The notes below the pieces were generated by a model. That model searched no databases, was not told the origin of the DNA, and saw nothing but the letters and a program-made list of their open reading frames with translations. Source: an uncultured Actinomycetes bacterium (GTDB lineage Bacteria > Actinomycetota > Thermoleophilia > Gaiellales > Gaiellaceae). Taken from it: a stretch of DNA of 64,000 nucleotides. The DNA is taken from NCBI GenBank assembly GCA_963809405.1, contig CAWEJN010000002.1, forward strand, positions 795,175 through 859,174. Reading direction: 5' to 3'. The position numbers and the translations under genes are program-made. Positions 44,623 through 60,485 of the stretch are shown in pieces; the first letter of the stretch is position 1; each line of letters starts with the position of its first letter.

Positions 44623-45614
44623 GTGGGTCTCCCGTTCGTCCATTCGATCAGTGCTGAGCCCCAGGTGAGGCCGGCGCCCATGCCCGTCATGAGCACCAGC
44701 GCCCCGTCGTGCAAGCGCCCCTCGGCCCGCGCATCCGTGAGCGCGAGCGGGATCGAGCCAGATGAGGTGTTTCCATACCGGTCCACGTTGACGACGGTCC
44801 TCTCCGAGGGGATCCGGAGCTTACCGAGCGCGTAGTCGATGATTCGCTTGTTCGCCTGGTGCGGGATGTACACGTCGACGTCCTCGACAGTCTTGCCGCA
44901 CTCGGCCAGGATCTGCTCGGCCGAGTAGACCATGATTCTCGTCGCGAACTTGAAAACCTCGGGTCCGTTCATCTTCACGTAGCTCGAGGGATTCTCGAAC
45001 TTCCGCGAGCCGGACCCCGGATACCAGAGGTTCTCGCCGCCGCCGCCGTCCGCGCCGAGCTCGAAGCCGAGAAAACCGCCGTGGTCCACGGGCTCCATCA
45101 CGACCGCGCCCGCCCCGTCCCCGAACAGGACGAGCGTGGACCGGTCCTCCCAGTCCAGGATCTTGGAGAGCACGTCGCCTCCCACCACGAGCGCTCGCCG
45201 GGCGAGGCCGGACGCGAGCATCGCGTACGCCTGGGCGATCGCGTAGACGAAGCCGGTGCACCCCGCCAGCAGGTCGTACGCCGCGGCTCGAGGCATCCCG
45301 AGCGTGTCCGCGAGGAGCGCGGACGAGGTCGGGAACATCATGTCGGGGGTCACCGTGGCGCAAATGAGGAGGTCGACGTCCGCAGGCTCTACGCCGGCGT
45401 CCGCGAGCGCGGCACGGGCAGCGGGGAGCGCGATGTCCGTGAGCGCTTCGTCCTCCCTCGCGATCCGGCGCTCCCGGATCCCGGTCCGCTCCCGGATCCA
45501 CTCGTCGGAGGTGTCGACGATGGTCGCGAGCTCGTCGTTCGTCATGACCCGCTCGGGGACATGCGTCCCGAGTCCCGTGATACCGATGCGGACGCCGTTC
45601 GCGGAGCCGATCAT
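44619..45614 (-). CDS. fabH: 3-oxoacyl-ACP synthase III
   Basis: ATG 45614 overlaps the fabZ stop (ATGA). Contains AGCTGFVYA, PHQAN and GNTSSGS. Confidence 0.9.
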   Translation of the reverse strand: MIGSANGVRIGITGLGTHVPERVMTNDELATIVDTSDEWIRERTGIRERRIAREDEALTDIALPAARAALADAGVEPADVDLLICATVTPDMMFPTSSALLADTLGMPRAAAYDLLAGCTGFVYAIAQAYAMLASGLARRALVVGGDVLSKILDWEDRSTLVLFGDGAGAVVMEPVDHGGFLGFELGADGGGGENLWYPGSGSRKFENPSSYVKMNGPEVFKFATRIMVYSAEQILAECGKTVEDVDVYIPHQANKRIIDYALGKLRIPSERTVVNVDRYGNTSSGSIPLALTDARAEGRLHDGALVLMTGMGAGLTWGSALIEWTNGRPT

Positions 45615-46060
45615 CGCTCCACCGCGAAGGTCAGCGTGCCGCGCGCGGCGAGCTCGTCTCCGACGTGCGCGGTCGCCTTGCCACGGCCGATCGGACCGCG
45701 GACGGTGTCGATCTCGCACGTGAGCGTGAGCGTGTCGCCCGGCGAGACGATGCGCTTGAACCGGCAGTCGTCGATTCCGGCGAAGAAGGCGATCTTGCCG
45801 CGGTTCTCCTCCTCGACCAGGACGGCGACCGCACCCGCCTGCGCCATCGCCTCGACGATGAGCACGCCCGGCATGACCGCTCGGTCGGGGAAGTGCCCGG
45901 GAAACCACCAGTCGTCAGCGCGAACGTCTCTCTTCGCGACGACGCGCTTTCCCGGCTCGAGCTCGACGACCTCGTCGAGGAGGAGAAAAGGCGGCCGGTG
46001 CGGCAGGATCGCTTCGATTTCGTCCTGCCCGAACGGCGGCACGGGCAGCGGGGTGCTCAC
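45611..46060 (-). CDS. fabZ: 3-hydroxyacyl-ACP dehydratase
   Basis: GTG 46060. Contains LPHRPPFLLLD, FPGHFP, PGVLIVEAMAQ. Confidence 0.9.
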   Translation of the reverse strand: MSTPLPVPPFGQDEIEAILPHRPPFLLLDEVVELEPGKRVVAKRDVRADDWWFPGHFPDRAVMPGVLIVEAMAQAGAVAVLVEEENRGKIAFFAGIDDCRFKRIVSPGDTLTLTCEIDTVRGPIGRGKATAHVGDELAARGTLTFAVER

Positions 46061-46070
46061 GAGCGCGAGT

Positions 46071-48242
46071 CTACTGGCCGGATCTGCGCGAGCCGTTTTT
46101 CGCAACCCGCAGCACGGGCGAGCTCTTGTTTCCGGCCGCGTCCCAGGCGACGACCCGCACACGCTTCGCCGGTCCCGACCATGGGATTCGAACGGTACCG
46201 GCCTTCTCCACCTCGCGCCGCAGCGCCCGTCCGTCGATCAGCATCGTCAGGACCGCCGGCTCGCTGACGGCGATCTGCAACGGGCTCCCGGGCAGGATGC
46301 GGACGACCGGCGCGGTTGTGTCGGAGACGAACGGCATCGCGAGCGAGACGGTGCCGACGGCGTCCGTGACGTCGACGACCGCCTCGTACGAGCCGTCGCG
46401 GATGGCTCCGCCGGCGAGCCGGGAGCCGTCCCAGGTGAACCGCTGGGGCCCGATCGGAAGGCTCTCCGTGACGACCGGCGTCGCGACCCACGTGCCGTCG
46501 TCGCGAAGGATCCGGAGCCGAACGTCAGCGGGATTCGCGAGCGTGAAGTCGATCGTCAGGCGGTCGAGGCGGCCGTCGCCGTTCGGCGAGAACGCGGCCG
46601 GAGCCAGCGCGACCGTGCCGAGCGTGCGGCTGACCGCGAGCGGGATCTCCGTCTCGACCGACGCCCCGGCAGCCGTCCGCGCCGACACGAGCACCGTGTA
46701 CTCGCCGTCGGGGAGCGCCGAGCCGTCGACGACCACCTGGTGGAGGCCCGCACCCATGAATACGCGGTCGACCACCGTCGCGACGACGGAGCCCTGCGCC
46801 GACACCACGTCGACGCTGACGTTCGCGGGGATCGAGAGGGTGAACGAGACGAGCGACGTGTCTGCCTGCAGGTCGCCGTTCGGGCTGATCGCGGGCGGGC
46901 TCGCAGACGGCTCCTGAATCGCGAGCGCAGGTGCGGTCCCTCCGGCCTTGAGCTTCCCCGTCGCAGGCCTCGCGGTCCCAGCGCGGATCGACCACGAGTA
47001 GGTCGCCGCGGGCACGCCGTTCGCGCCCCACGTCCAGTCGACGCTCTTGCCCGTGCCCGTCCCGCGGGCCACCTCGGCCCCGCTCGTGTCCGTGATCGAG
47101 ACCGTCCACGAGAGTGACGTCGAGAGCGTCGCCCGGAAGCGGGCGCCGACTTCGTTCACGTCCGCTCGCGGCGCGTAGATCTTGGGACCTCCGATGGAGG
47201 CGGCCGCGGCGGCAATAGCGTCGAGCCGTGCGTAGAGCGCGTTGCCGGGGCACTCGGTGAAACCCGTGTCCCGGTGTCCCGAGATCGTGCGCAACGTCAC
47301 GGGGATCCCCTTCGCGTAGCGCTCGCTCCCGCCGGAGATGACCGTGAGCAGGCCGAGCGGGTTCACGTGGGCGACGTCGAGACGCCAGGAGAGCAAACGG
47401 GCGAGCGCATCCTGCGCGACCTGCAGCGGTGCCTTCGAGTCAAACGTGCCGATCACGGCCACCCCGGCGGACCCCGTATTGAAGCCGAGGGCGTGAGCAC
47501 CGACGACGTTCTTGTCGATCCCCCCGTACCGACCCTCGTAGATCGTGCCGAAGCGGTCGACGAGGAAGTTGTAGCCGATGTCGTTCCAGCCGTTGCCCTG
47601 CACGTGGTACAGCTCGATGCCTCTCACGATCGCCGGCGCCTGAGCTCGGGTGTAGTCGTTCTGCCCTGCCGTGTGGTGGACGATCGCGAACCGCACCGAC
47701 GACGCGTACGAGGGCGGCGCCCGTCGGATGGACTCGTCCGCCCCCCAGGCTGCGCGCATGACGATCGGTGGCATGCCCGCTTGCGCCGGAGCGCGAGAGG
47801 GAACCTCGAAGGGCGGGCTCCAGACGAGGAATGCGCGTACGCGTGAGACCCGGCCGACGGTCTTGGTCTCGATCCGGTCGGAGGCCCCGACCCAGGCCGG
47901 GTTGCCGAGCCGCCAGCCGGCCGTAACTCGGCGTTCGGGTGAGCCACGGTCGGGAGCGTTGTCGGCCTCGGAGTCGACGGCTCTCCACGAGCTCCACCTG
48001 CCGGAGACCGAACGCGTCCGGAACTGCACCGACCCGGAGCCCCGCCAGTGGATTCCGGCGAGCGTGAACCGGTGCGTGCCGGGCGCCGCAGCGACTGTCC
48101 GCTGTCCCGCGAGCGGCATGTCGACGGCGGTGATGCTCGCGGGTGGGACCGTCTCGACCCCGAGCTCTGCGGCGGGAACGGCAGCCCCAGGGGTCGCAAC
48201 GACGACGAGAGCAGGGGCGAGGACGAGGAGCAGGCGACGCAT
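46071..48242 (-). CDS. secreted N-acetylmuramoyl-L-alanine amidase (PGRP/amidase_2) with C-terminal Ig/FlgD-like repeats
   Basis: Start taken at ATG 48242 (MRRLLLVLAPALVVVA). Amidase_2 core (AIVHHTAG, YHVQGNGWNDIGYNFLVD, HRDTGFTECPG). Repeats with ISPNGD / FSPNGDG. The stop lies 10 nt upstream of the fabZ start. Confidence 0.8.
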   Translation of the reverse strand: MRRLLLVLAPALVVVATPGAAVPAAELGVETVPPASITAVDMPLAGQRTVAAAPGTHRFTLAGIHWRGSGSVQFRTRSVSGRWSSWRAVDSEADNAPDRGSPERRVTAGWRLGNPAWVGASDRIETKTVGRVSRVRAFLVWSPPFEVPSRAPAQAGMPPIVMRAAWGADESIRRAPPSYASSVRFAIVHHTAGQNDYTRAQAPAIVRGIELYHVQGNGWNDIGYNFLVDRFGTIYEGRYGGIDKNVVGAHALGFNTGSAGVAVIGTFDSKAPLQVAQDALARLLSWRLDVAHVNPLGLLTVISGGSERYAKGIPVTLRTISGHRDTGFTECPGNALYARLDAIAAAAASIGGPKIYAPRADVNEVGARFRATLSTSLSWTVSITDTSGAEVARGTGTGKSVDWTWGANGVPAATYSWSIRAGTARPATGKLKAGGTAPALAIQEPSASPPAISPNGDLQADTSLVSFTLSIPANVSVDVVSAQGSVVATVVDRVFMGAGLHQVVVDGSALPDGEYTVLVSARTAAGASVETEIPLAVSRTLGTVALAPAAFSPNGDGRLDRLTIDFTLANPADVRLRILRDDGTWVATPVVTESLPIGPQRFTWDGSRLAGGAIRDGSYEAVVDVTDAVGTVSLAMPFVSDTTAPVVRILPGSPLQIAVSEPAVLTMLIDGRALRREVEKAGTVRIPWSGPAKRVRVVAWDAAGNKSSPVLRVAKNGSRRSGQ

Positions 48243-48310
48243 GGGAGCCAGGGTGGCGCGATCGCAGTTCGCGCGCAAGACCCGGAACCCTGCGCTGATG
48301 CAATCCTTAC

Positions 48311-49639
48311 ATGGTGAGGGAGCGGGATCTGCGAGCGGTGCTCTTCGTGTCGACAGCGCTCCTTGCGCTCGGGTTGGCGGTCTCCGTCGCCCACGCTGCC
48401 TCGAGCGAGCGCCCCCACGTGCTCGCGGTCCACTTCGACAACGACATCAACCCCGTGACGCAGGAGTACCTGGACAACGCCATCGACCGCGGGGAACGCG
48501 CCCACGATGCCGCCGTCGTGATCGTCCTCGACACGCCCGGCGGGCTGAGCTCCTCGATGCGCGGGATCGTGAAGCGCTTCCTGGCTGCAACGGTTCCGGT
48601 GATCGTCTACGTGGCACCGCCGGGATCGAGCGCCGACTCCGCAGGCGCCGTCATCACGATGGCGTCCGACCTCGCCGCGATGGCGCCGCAGACGAACATC
48701 GGCTCATCGACGCCCATCGACCTCGGCGGACAGAACATCGGCAGTGATCTCCGTCGCAAGGTCGTCAACGACGCAGCCGCCTATGTCGGAGAGCTTGCGC
48801 GCGAGCACGACCGGAACGTCGCCGCGGCGCGGCTCATGGTCACGAAGGCGACGAACTACGGCGCTCGAGACGCGAAAAAGATCGGGCTCGTCGAGGTCGT
48901 GGCACCGACCTTGCCCGCGCTCCTGAGGGAGGTCGACGGCACGAAGACCGTCCCCAAGGGAGACGTCCTCCACACGGCGAACGCCGAGATCGAGGACGTT
49001 CACATGACCTTCTTCGAGCGGGCACGGGACTTCCTCGTCGACCCCAACTTGATCACGCTCTTCCTCTCGATCGGGCTGATCGGGATCGTCGTCGAGCTCT
49101 GGCACCCCGGATTGATCTTCCCGGGGACGGTCGGAGCGATCTCCCTGATCCTGGGTCTCTACGGCCTGCAGATCCTGCCGGTCTCGGCCGCGGGCGTTTT
49201 CCTGCTCCTGCTCTCGGCCGCCTTCCTCGTCGCCGAGGCATTCGTCCCCACGCACGGCGCACTTGCGGTCGCGGGAGGAGTGACGTTCGTGCTCGGGGCG
49301 CTGATGCTCTTCGACCCGGCAGGGTCTGAGTACCAGGTGTCGCTTCCGGTCGCGCTCTCGATCGCTGGCACGCTCGCGCTGCTTCTCGGCTTCGCGGTGA
49401 CGAGGGTGGTCAGAGCCCGCCGGAATCCCGTTCTCGTCGGGACCGACCGTCTCGTCGGCGAGGAGGGCGTCGTGCGACACGGCGGGATGGTGTCGCTGCA
49501 CGGCGAGCTCTGGCGGGCGCGTACGGTCGACGACGCCCCGCTCGTCCCTGGGAGCCGCGTCCTTGTGGAGGAGGTCGATCCCGACCTCCGCCTACTCGTA
49601 GGATCCACTGCAGCACCAAGCGAGGAGGAGGGGCTCTGA
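48311..49639 (+). CDS. NfeD-family membrane-bound ClpP-class serine protease
   Basis: 442 aa. Signal/anchor, ClpP-like domain ([16 protein letters not shown]), several TM helices and a C-terminal OB-like NfeD domain. Confidence 0.8.
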   Translation: MVRERDLRAVLFVSTALLALGLAVSVAHAASSERPHVLAVHFDNDINPVTQEYLDNAIDRGERAHDAAVVIVLDTPGGLSSSMRGIVKRFLAATVPVIVYVAPPGSSADSAGAVITMASDLAAMAPQTNIGSSTPIDLGGQNIGSDLRRKVVNDAAAYVGELAREHDRNVAAARLMVTKATNYGARDAKKIGLVEVVAPTLPALLREVDGTKTVPKGDVLHTANAEIEDVHMTFFERARDFLVDPNLITLFLSIGLIGIVVELWHPGLIFPGTVGAISLILGLYGLQILPVSAAGVFLLLLSAAFLVAEAFVPTHGALAVAGGVTFVLGALMLFDPAGSEYQVSLPVALSIAGTLALLLGFAVTRVVRARRNPVLVGTDRLVGEEGVVRHGGMVSLHGELWRARTVDDAPLVPGSRVLVEEVDPDLRLLVGSTAAPSEEEGL

Positions 49640-50415
49640 TGGATGTCGCCTTGATCGTGATCGCAGCCGTCGTCGTGATCGTCGTGCTGCTGCTGTTCCT
49701 GGCAGTGAAGATCGCACGGGAGTACGAGCGAGGAGTGGTTTTCCGCCTGGGGAGGCTCCTGCCGGTGCCGAAGGGCCCCGGTCTCTTCCTGATCATCCCG
49801 TTCGTCGACCAGGTCACGAAGGTCGACCTGCGCACGGTCACGCTCAACGTGCCCCCGCAGGAGGTGATCACGAAGGACAACGTCCCCGTCCGCGTGAACG
49901 CCGTCGCCTACTTCCGGATCGTCGACGCGAACGCGTCCCAGGTCCAGGTCGAGAACTTCATGGTCGCGACCTCCCAGATCGCCCAGACGACATTGCGGTC
50001 GGTGCTCGGACAGCACGTGCTCGACGAGCTGCTCTCCGAGCGCGACAAGATCAATGAGATCCTGCAGGCGATCATCGACCAGGCGACCTCGCCCTGGGGG
50101 ATCAAGGTCACCATTGTCGAGGTGAAGGACGTGGAGATCCCGTCCGACATGCAGCGTGCGATGGCGCGCCAGGCGGAAGCCGAGCGTGAGCGCCGCGCCA
50201 AGGTGATCTCGGCCGAGGGCGAGTTCCAGGCGTCCGAGCGCCTGAAGGACGCCGCGGCCGTGATGGCGCAGGAGCCGATCACCGTCCAGCTCCGCTACCT
50301 GCAGACGCTCCTCGAGATCGGCTCGGCGAACAACTCGACGATCGTCTTCCCAATCCCGATCGACATCCTCACGGCTCTCTCGAAGCTGGCGGAGCTGCCC
50401 GAGCCCAAGAAGTAG
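49639..50415 (+). CDS. SPFH/stomatin (band 7) family protein
   Basis: 258 aa. N-terminal TM. Contains [22 protein letters not shown] and [19 protein letters not shown] overlaps the nfeD stop (TGATG). Confidence 0.88.
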   Translation: MDVALIVIAAVVVIVVLLLFLAVKIAREYERGVVFRLGRLLPVPKGPGLFLIIPFVDQVTKVDLRTVTLNVPPQEVITKDNVPVRVNAVAYFRIVDANASQVQVENFMVATSQIAQTTLRSVLGQHVLDELLSERDKINEILQAIIDQATSPWGIKVTIVEVKDVEIPSDMQRAMARQAEAERERRAKVISAEGEFQASERLKDAAAVMAQEPITVQLRYLQTLLEIGSANNSTIVFPIPIDILTALSKLAELPEPKK

Positions 50416-50505
50416 CCACAGGTCCCCCGTCAGCTCACGAGGGCGCCTCCGTCCGGGAGTCCGCGGCGGGCGACCAAGAGCCCTGCCAGAAGCCGTGCGC
50501 GAGGC

Positions 50506-55913
<5,408 letters not shown>

Positions 55914-55914
<1 letters not shown>

Positions 55915-56975
55915 CAGACGCTCCGGACCGCTCCGGGCGTGACGACGAGCGCCAGCGCGGGCTCCGCGGGAAGAGCGACTGTGGACGTGGCGGTGATCAC
56001 TGTCTGCCCGGCGGTCGCAATCAGCTCGGCGAGGGCGCGGCGCCGGTCGTCGTCCAGCTCGGAGAGGACGTCGTCGAGGAGCACGAGCGGACGCACGCCT
56101 TCGCGCTCTGCGATGGCACGCGCCTCCGCGAGGACGAGCGCGAGCACGGCTACACGCTGCTCCCCCTGCGACCCGAAGCTCCGGAGATCGCGGCCGGCCG
56201 CCTCGATACGGGCGTCGTGAAGGTGCGGGCCGATGCCGGTGGCGCACCGGTCGAGGTCGCGCTGGAGCCGCACTTCGTAGTCGTCGAGCGTGGCGGGTTC
56301 TCCTTCGTAGACGATCGTGGCCGCAGCGAGCAGGAGCCTCTCTGCTACCTTCGCGAAATACGGCGCCAGGACGCCGACCGTCGCCCGACGAGCCTCGACC
56401 AGTTCGCCGCCGAGTCTCGAAACCGTCTCCGTCCAAGGGGCGAGCGCATCGGGCGACGACGCGCCTGCGGCCACCCTGCGAAGAGCCGCGTTCCGCTGCC
56501 CCACCGCCCCCGCATACTCGACGGGGAGCGAAGAGCGGCTCGGGAAGAGGCGACCGAGGCTCCGGTCGAGATACGCCCGCCTCGTCGCGGGCGCTCCTTT
56601 GACGACCGCGAGGCGGTCCGGCGTGAAGACGAGCGTCCGGAGGTCCTGGCGAAGCTGCTCGGCGGAGCGGAGAGCGTCGCCGTTCAGCCGCGCGCGTCGT
56701 GCGCCGTGCGTGCTCAGCACGACATCGCTCTCGTAAGGAGTAGCGGCGGTGATCCCGCGGAGGCCGACTCTTCCGCCCTCCGCACCGAATCGCACCATCT
56801 GTGCGTCGCTCCTCGCGCGCGGGGAGAAGCCCTGCGTACCGACGTGAAGCGCTTCGAGCAGGTTCGTCTTCCCTGCTCCGTTCGCGCCGGTGACGAGCAC
56901 GACGCCGGCCTCGAGCGCAAGCTCGAGCCGGGCGTACGAGCGGAAGTCGCGAAGCGTGACCTCGCGGACGATCAG
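55914..56975 (-). CDS. recF: DNA replication/repair protein RecF (apparent non-canonical CTG start)
   Basis: Walker A GANGAGKTNLLEA and signature LSGGEQ-like SQGEQR. The conserved N-terminus (L)IVREVTLRDFRSY lies upstream of the first ATG/GTG (56900) in an open frame. CTG 56975 overlaps the dnaN stop as CTGA. Confidence 0.85.
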
Positions 56976-58096
56976 CCCGGAAGCCGGATCGGCATGATCA
57001 GGTACCAGAAGCGCTCGTCCGGAGACGCGAGGACCGCCGGTCGCAAGGGGTTGATCAGCTTGAGCTCGACCGTGTCGCCCGCGACCGCCTCGAGCCCGTC
57101 GCGCAGAAAGTCCGGGTTGAACCCGATCTCGAGCAGCTCACCCGTATAGCCGACCGGCAGGGACTCGCGCGCTTCGCCGACGTCCTGAGTCTGCGCGGAC
57201 ACGGTGAGCTCGCCCTCGGCGAAGCCGAGCCGAAGCGGCTGGTTCCGCTGCGCGAGCACGGACGCGCGCCGCACGACCTCGAGCAGCGGCTCTCGCTCGA
57301 CGGTCAGCTCCGCCTCGAACGTCTCGGGCAGAAGCTGCTTGTAGTTCGGGAACTGGCCGTCGATACGACGGCTCGTCAGCCAGACGGCGCCGGTCGAGAA
57401 CACGACGTGGTTCTCGTGGACTCCGAGCTCCACGGTGTCGTTTCCGGCAGCCAGACGCGCGAGCTCCTGGAGTGCCCGAGCCGGGATGATCGCCTCGAGC
57501 TCGGGGCCTGATTCCGACAGCTCCGTCTCCTTCACCGACAGGCGGTAGGAGTCCGTCGCCGCCATCACGAGCTGCGAGCCCTCGAAGTGCACGAGGATGC
57601 CGGTCAGGACGGGTCGCGACTCGTCCCGCGACGCCGCTCTTGCGACCTTCTCGATCGTGCCGAGAAGCGCGCCCGCGTCGATGGTGTGGAGCGGGATGTC
57701 GAGCGCCGGGAGGCGCGGGAAGTCCTCGGCACTGAACACGTTCACTCGCGACGAGTAGCTCCCGGAGGAGACGACGAGGACGCCGTCTCCTGCTTCATAG
57801 GCGAGGGATACGCGGTCGTCGGGGAGGAGCCGGATCAGGTCGGCCAGCAGGCGTCCCGGCACGACCACCTTGCCCTGTCCCGTGACGTCCCCCGCGACCG
57901 TCGCGCGCAGCGACACCTCCATGTCCGTGGCCGCGAGCGTCAGCCGGCCGTCCTCGACCTCGATCAGGATTCCGGTGAGGACCTGCACCGCGCTCCGGCT
58001 CGAGAGACCCCTCGCGACGACGGCCGCAGCAGCCGAGAGATCGTCTCGCGAGATCGAGACGCTCAGGTCTGCGGCGGTGGCGAGATCGGTGTCCAT
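56972..58096 (-). CDS. dnaN: DNA polymerase III beta sliding clamp
   Basis: 374 aa with three-domain clamp pattern. Contains LTGILIEV, LTLAATD, ATDSYRL and the C-terminus YLIMPIRL. Confidence 0.93.
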   Translation of the reverse strand: MDTDLATAADLSVSISRDDLSAAAAVVARGLSSRSAVQVLTGILIEVEDGRLTLAATDMEVSLRATVAGDVTGQGKVVVPGRLLADLIRLLPDDRVSLAYEAGDGVLVVSSGSYSSRVNVFSAEDFPRLPALDIPLHTIDAGALLGTIEKVARAASRDESRPVLTGILVHFEGSQLVMAATDSYRLSVKETELSESGPELEAIIPARALQELARLAAGNDTVELGVHENHVVFSTGAVWLTSRRIDGQFPNYKQLLPETFEAELTVEREPLLEVVRRASVLAQRNQPLRLGFAEGELTVSAQTQDVGEARESLPVGYTGELLEIGFNPDFLRDGLEAVAGDTVELKLINPLRPAVLASPDERFWYLIMPIRLPG

Positions 58097-58266
58097 GACT
58101 GAGAAGAAGTTAAAGAAAGAACCTCGTAGTCGTAGTAGGAGTGTGAATCACGGGGAAGACGGGGCGATTGTCACGGAAAAGCGGCGAAAACGCATGTCGG
58201 TCCGACTGGGGAGAACCGGAGCAGCTTCCACACCCGAGCTCGAGGCGGTGTGCTGGACCCCCAACG
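58097..58266. other. candidate oriC segment (AT-rich polypurine tract, TAG-trio-like array, DnaA-box-like sites) in the dnaA-dnaN spacer
   Basis: GAGAAGAAGTTAAAGAAAGAA (58101-58121) is far below the window GC content. TAG-TCG-TAG-TAG-GAG sits at 58127-58141. Box-like TGTGAATCA lies at 58142-58150, GATTGTCAC at 58167-58175 and CTTCCACA at 58225-58232. Confidence 0.5.
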
Positions 58267-59712
58267 TCACCGGGCCTGCTTGATGCGCGCGGTCAGTTCT
58301 TGCACGAGGTTGTACACAGAGCGATCTTCGCGGATACGGCGCGTGATCTTGTCCTTCGCGTGGATCACGGTCGTATGGTCGCGGCCCCCGAACTCCCGTC
58401 CGATCGCCGGAAGCGAGGAGTCCGTGAGCTCGCGTGAGAGATACATCGCGACCTGGCGCGGATAGGCGACGGCCTGCGAGCGACGGGGGCTGATGAGCTC
58501 GTCGATCGTCACGCCGAACCTCTGGGACACGATCTCCTGGATCCGCGTGATCGTCACCTCGGGCGCCGCTTCTCCCTGCGGAAACACGTCCTTCAGCACG
58601 TGCTCGGCGAGGTCGACTGTCATCGGCCGGTTCGTGAGCGAGGAGAAGGCGACCACTCGCGTGAGCGCCCCCTCGAGCTCGCGGATGTTCGACGAGACAC
58701 GCCCCGCGATGAAGGTGAGCACCTCCGGGTCGTCGACGGCGATTCCTTCTGTGTTGACCTTCTTCAGCAGGATCGCGATGCGCGTCTCGAGATCCGGTTT
58801 CTGGATGTCGGTGATGAGGCCCCACTCGAACCGCGACCGCAGGCGCTCCTCGAGCGTCGCGATCTCCCGCGGCGGACGGTCGGACGAGATGATGATCTGC
58901 GCCCCCGCTTCGTAGAGCGAGTTGAAGGTGTGGAAGAACTCCTCCTGGATCCGCTCCTTGCCCTCGAGGAACTGGATGTCGTCGATGAGGAGGACGTCGT
59001 AGTTCCGGTAGCGGCGCTTGAATCCCTCGATCCTGGCTCCGCGGTCGCGCACCGCCTCGATGAAGTCGTTCATGAACGTCTCGCACGTGACGTACCGGTT
59101 CGTGAGCCGGCGCGAGTGCTGGCGGACGTAGTGCGCGATCGCCTGGAGGAGGTGCGTCTTCCCGAGGCCGGTGTCGCCGTAGATGAAGAGCGGGTTGTAC
59201 GCCTGTGCCGGCGCCTCCGCGACCGCCAGTGCTGCCGCGTGCGCGAACCGGTTGGACGAGCCGATGACGAAGAAGTCGAACGTGTACTTCCGATTCAGCT
59301 CCTCCGACGCATCGCGATAAGGACGGCCACTCTCGACGGTTCGCTCGGCAGTGTGCTCGGGCGGTATCGGCCCGGTTGACGTCGGGCCCGCTGCGGTGCC
59401 CGCGCCCCGGTCCGAGACCTCGAACGAGACGGAGAGCTCGCGGCCGAGCGAGTCACGCGCTGCACTCGCCACCGCGCTCCGGAAATGGCCCTCGACCCAC
59501 TCTCGCGTGAAGTCGTTCGGGAGGGAGACGTGGAGCGCACCGTTCGACACCGACTGCGGTTCCGCATACGCGAACCACCGCTCGAACGACTCCTCGCCGA
59601 GGGTCTCTCGCAGCCGCTGCGTGAGCGCGGCCCAGATCCCATCGGCGGTCGGTGCTGTCGTCTGCTCCACCCTCTCGTCGAGGTCGAAGGTCGTCGCGAA
59701 GGGGCCGAGCAT
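58267..59712 (-). CDS. dnaA: chromosomal replication initiator protein DnaA
   Basis: Start at ATG 59712 (MLGPFATTF...). AAA+ domain ([23 protein letters not shown]). Domain IV ([29 protein letters not shown]). Confidence 0.96.
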   Translation of the reverse strand: MLGPFATTFDLDERVEQTTAPTADGIWAALTQRLRETLGEESFERWFAYAEPQSVSNGALHVSLPNDFTREWVEGHFRSAVASAARDSLGRELSVSFEVSDRGAGTAAGPTSTGPIPPEHTAERTVESGRPYRDASEELNRKYTFDFFVIGSSNRFAHAAALAVAEAPAQAYNPLFIYGDTGLGKTHLLQAIAHYVRQHSRRLTNRYVTCETFMNDFIEAVRDRGARIEGFKRRYRNYDVLLIDDIQFLEGKERIQEEFFHTFNSLYEAGAQIIISSDRPPREIATLEERLRSRFEWGLITDIQKPDLETRIAILLKKVNTEGIAVDDPEVLTFIAGRVSSNIRELEGALTRVVAFSSLTNRPMTVDLAEHVLKDVFPQGEAAPEVTITRIQEIVSQRFGVTIDELISPRRSQAVAYPRQVAMYLSRELTDSSLPAIGREFGGRDHTTVIHAKDKITRRIREDRSVYNLVQELTARIKQAR

Positions 59713-59806
59713 AGCAACGTTCCCGCTCCGGCTCAATGGGGTGACCGACCCCTCTTCTGGGTGAAAAAACACGCCGTTTTGCAGGGCTTTCCAGGATGCC
59801 CACACG

Positions 59807-59914
59807 TCTTTCCACAGGTGTGGAAGACATGCAGAGCGTTCTCTTTCGCGACAACACACTCTTCGCGTGAGCAGCGAATTCGACCCCACGCCGCCGACGG
59901 GTCACTGTGGAAAA
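59807..59914. promoter_or_regulatory. DnaA boxes upstream of dnaA / rpmH
   Basis: Convergent pair TCTTTCCACA-GG-TGTGGAAGAC (59807-59828) and TGTGGAAAA (59906-59914, reverse complement TTTTCCACA). A TATACT -10-like hexamer at 59937-59942 precedes rpmH. Confidence 0.6.
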
Positions 59915-59987
59915 CCGAGGTCGCAGACGAGTCATCTATACTGCCCGCTCGGCTCGCCCGACCCCTGGTCGAGAGCCACGACCCGAC

Positions 59988-60122
59988 GTGAAACGCACCT
60001 ACCAGCCCAACGTTCGGCGGCGGAAGCGTCGCCACGGATTCCGCGCCCGGATGTCGACGCGCGGGGGTCGCGCGATCCTCAAGCGCCGCCGGGCGAGAGG
60101 CCGCAAGCGCCTCTCTGCCTGA
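59988..60122 (+). CDS. rpmH: 50S ribosomal protein L34
   Basis: GTG 59988. 44 aa: [44 protein letters not shown]. Confidence 0.95.
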   Translation: MKRTYQPNVRRRKRRHGFRARMSTRGGRAILKRRRARGRKRLSA

Positions 60123-60134
60123 AGGCTCGACCCC

Positions 60135-60485
60135 GTGCAGCGGCGTCACCGGCTCTCCCGTTCACGGGACTTCGATGCCGTCTATCGCCGCGGCACCTCT
60201 GCTTCGACCAGGTACCTGGTGCTGCACTGGTTCGCTCGAGAGGACGATCCCGACGACACACCGCGGCTCGGTCTCGCGGTCCCGCGCACGGTCGGCACGG
60301 CTGTCGTGCGGAACCGGATGAAGCGGCTTCTGCGCGAGGCGTGGCGCGAGCTCCTGCCGGAGGTCCCGCCCGGTCGCGACTACGTCCTCGTCGCACGTCC
60401 CGGACTCGCGGAGCCCGCCGAGGCCCGGGGGCGGGAGTGGCTGCTCACGGAGATCGGCGAGGTCCTCGGGAGGGCGCGGCGGTGA
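60135..60485 (+). CDS. rnpA: ribonuclease P protein component
   Basis: 116 aa, basic. Contains the RNR-type motif [12 protein letters not shown]. Canonical position after rpmH. Confidence 0.9.
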   Translation: MQRRHRLSRSRDFDAVYRRGTSASTRYLVLHWFAREDDPDDTPRLGLAVPRTVGTAVVRNRMKRLLREAWRELLPEVPPGRDYVLVARPGLAEPAEARGREWLLTEIGEVLGRARR

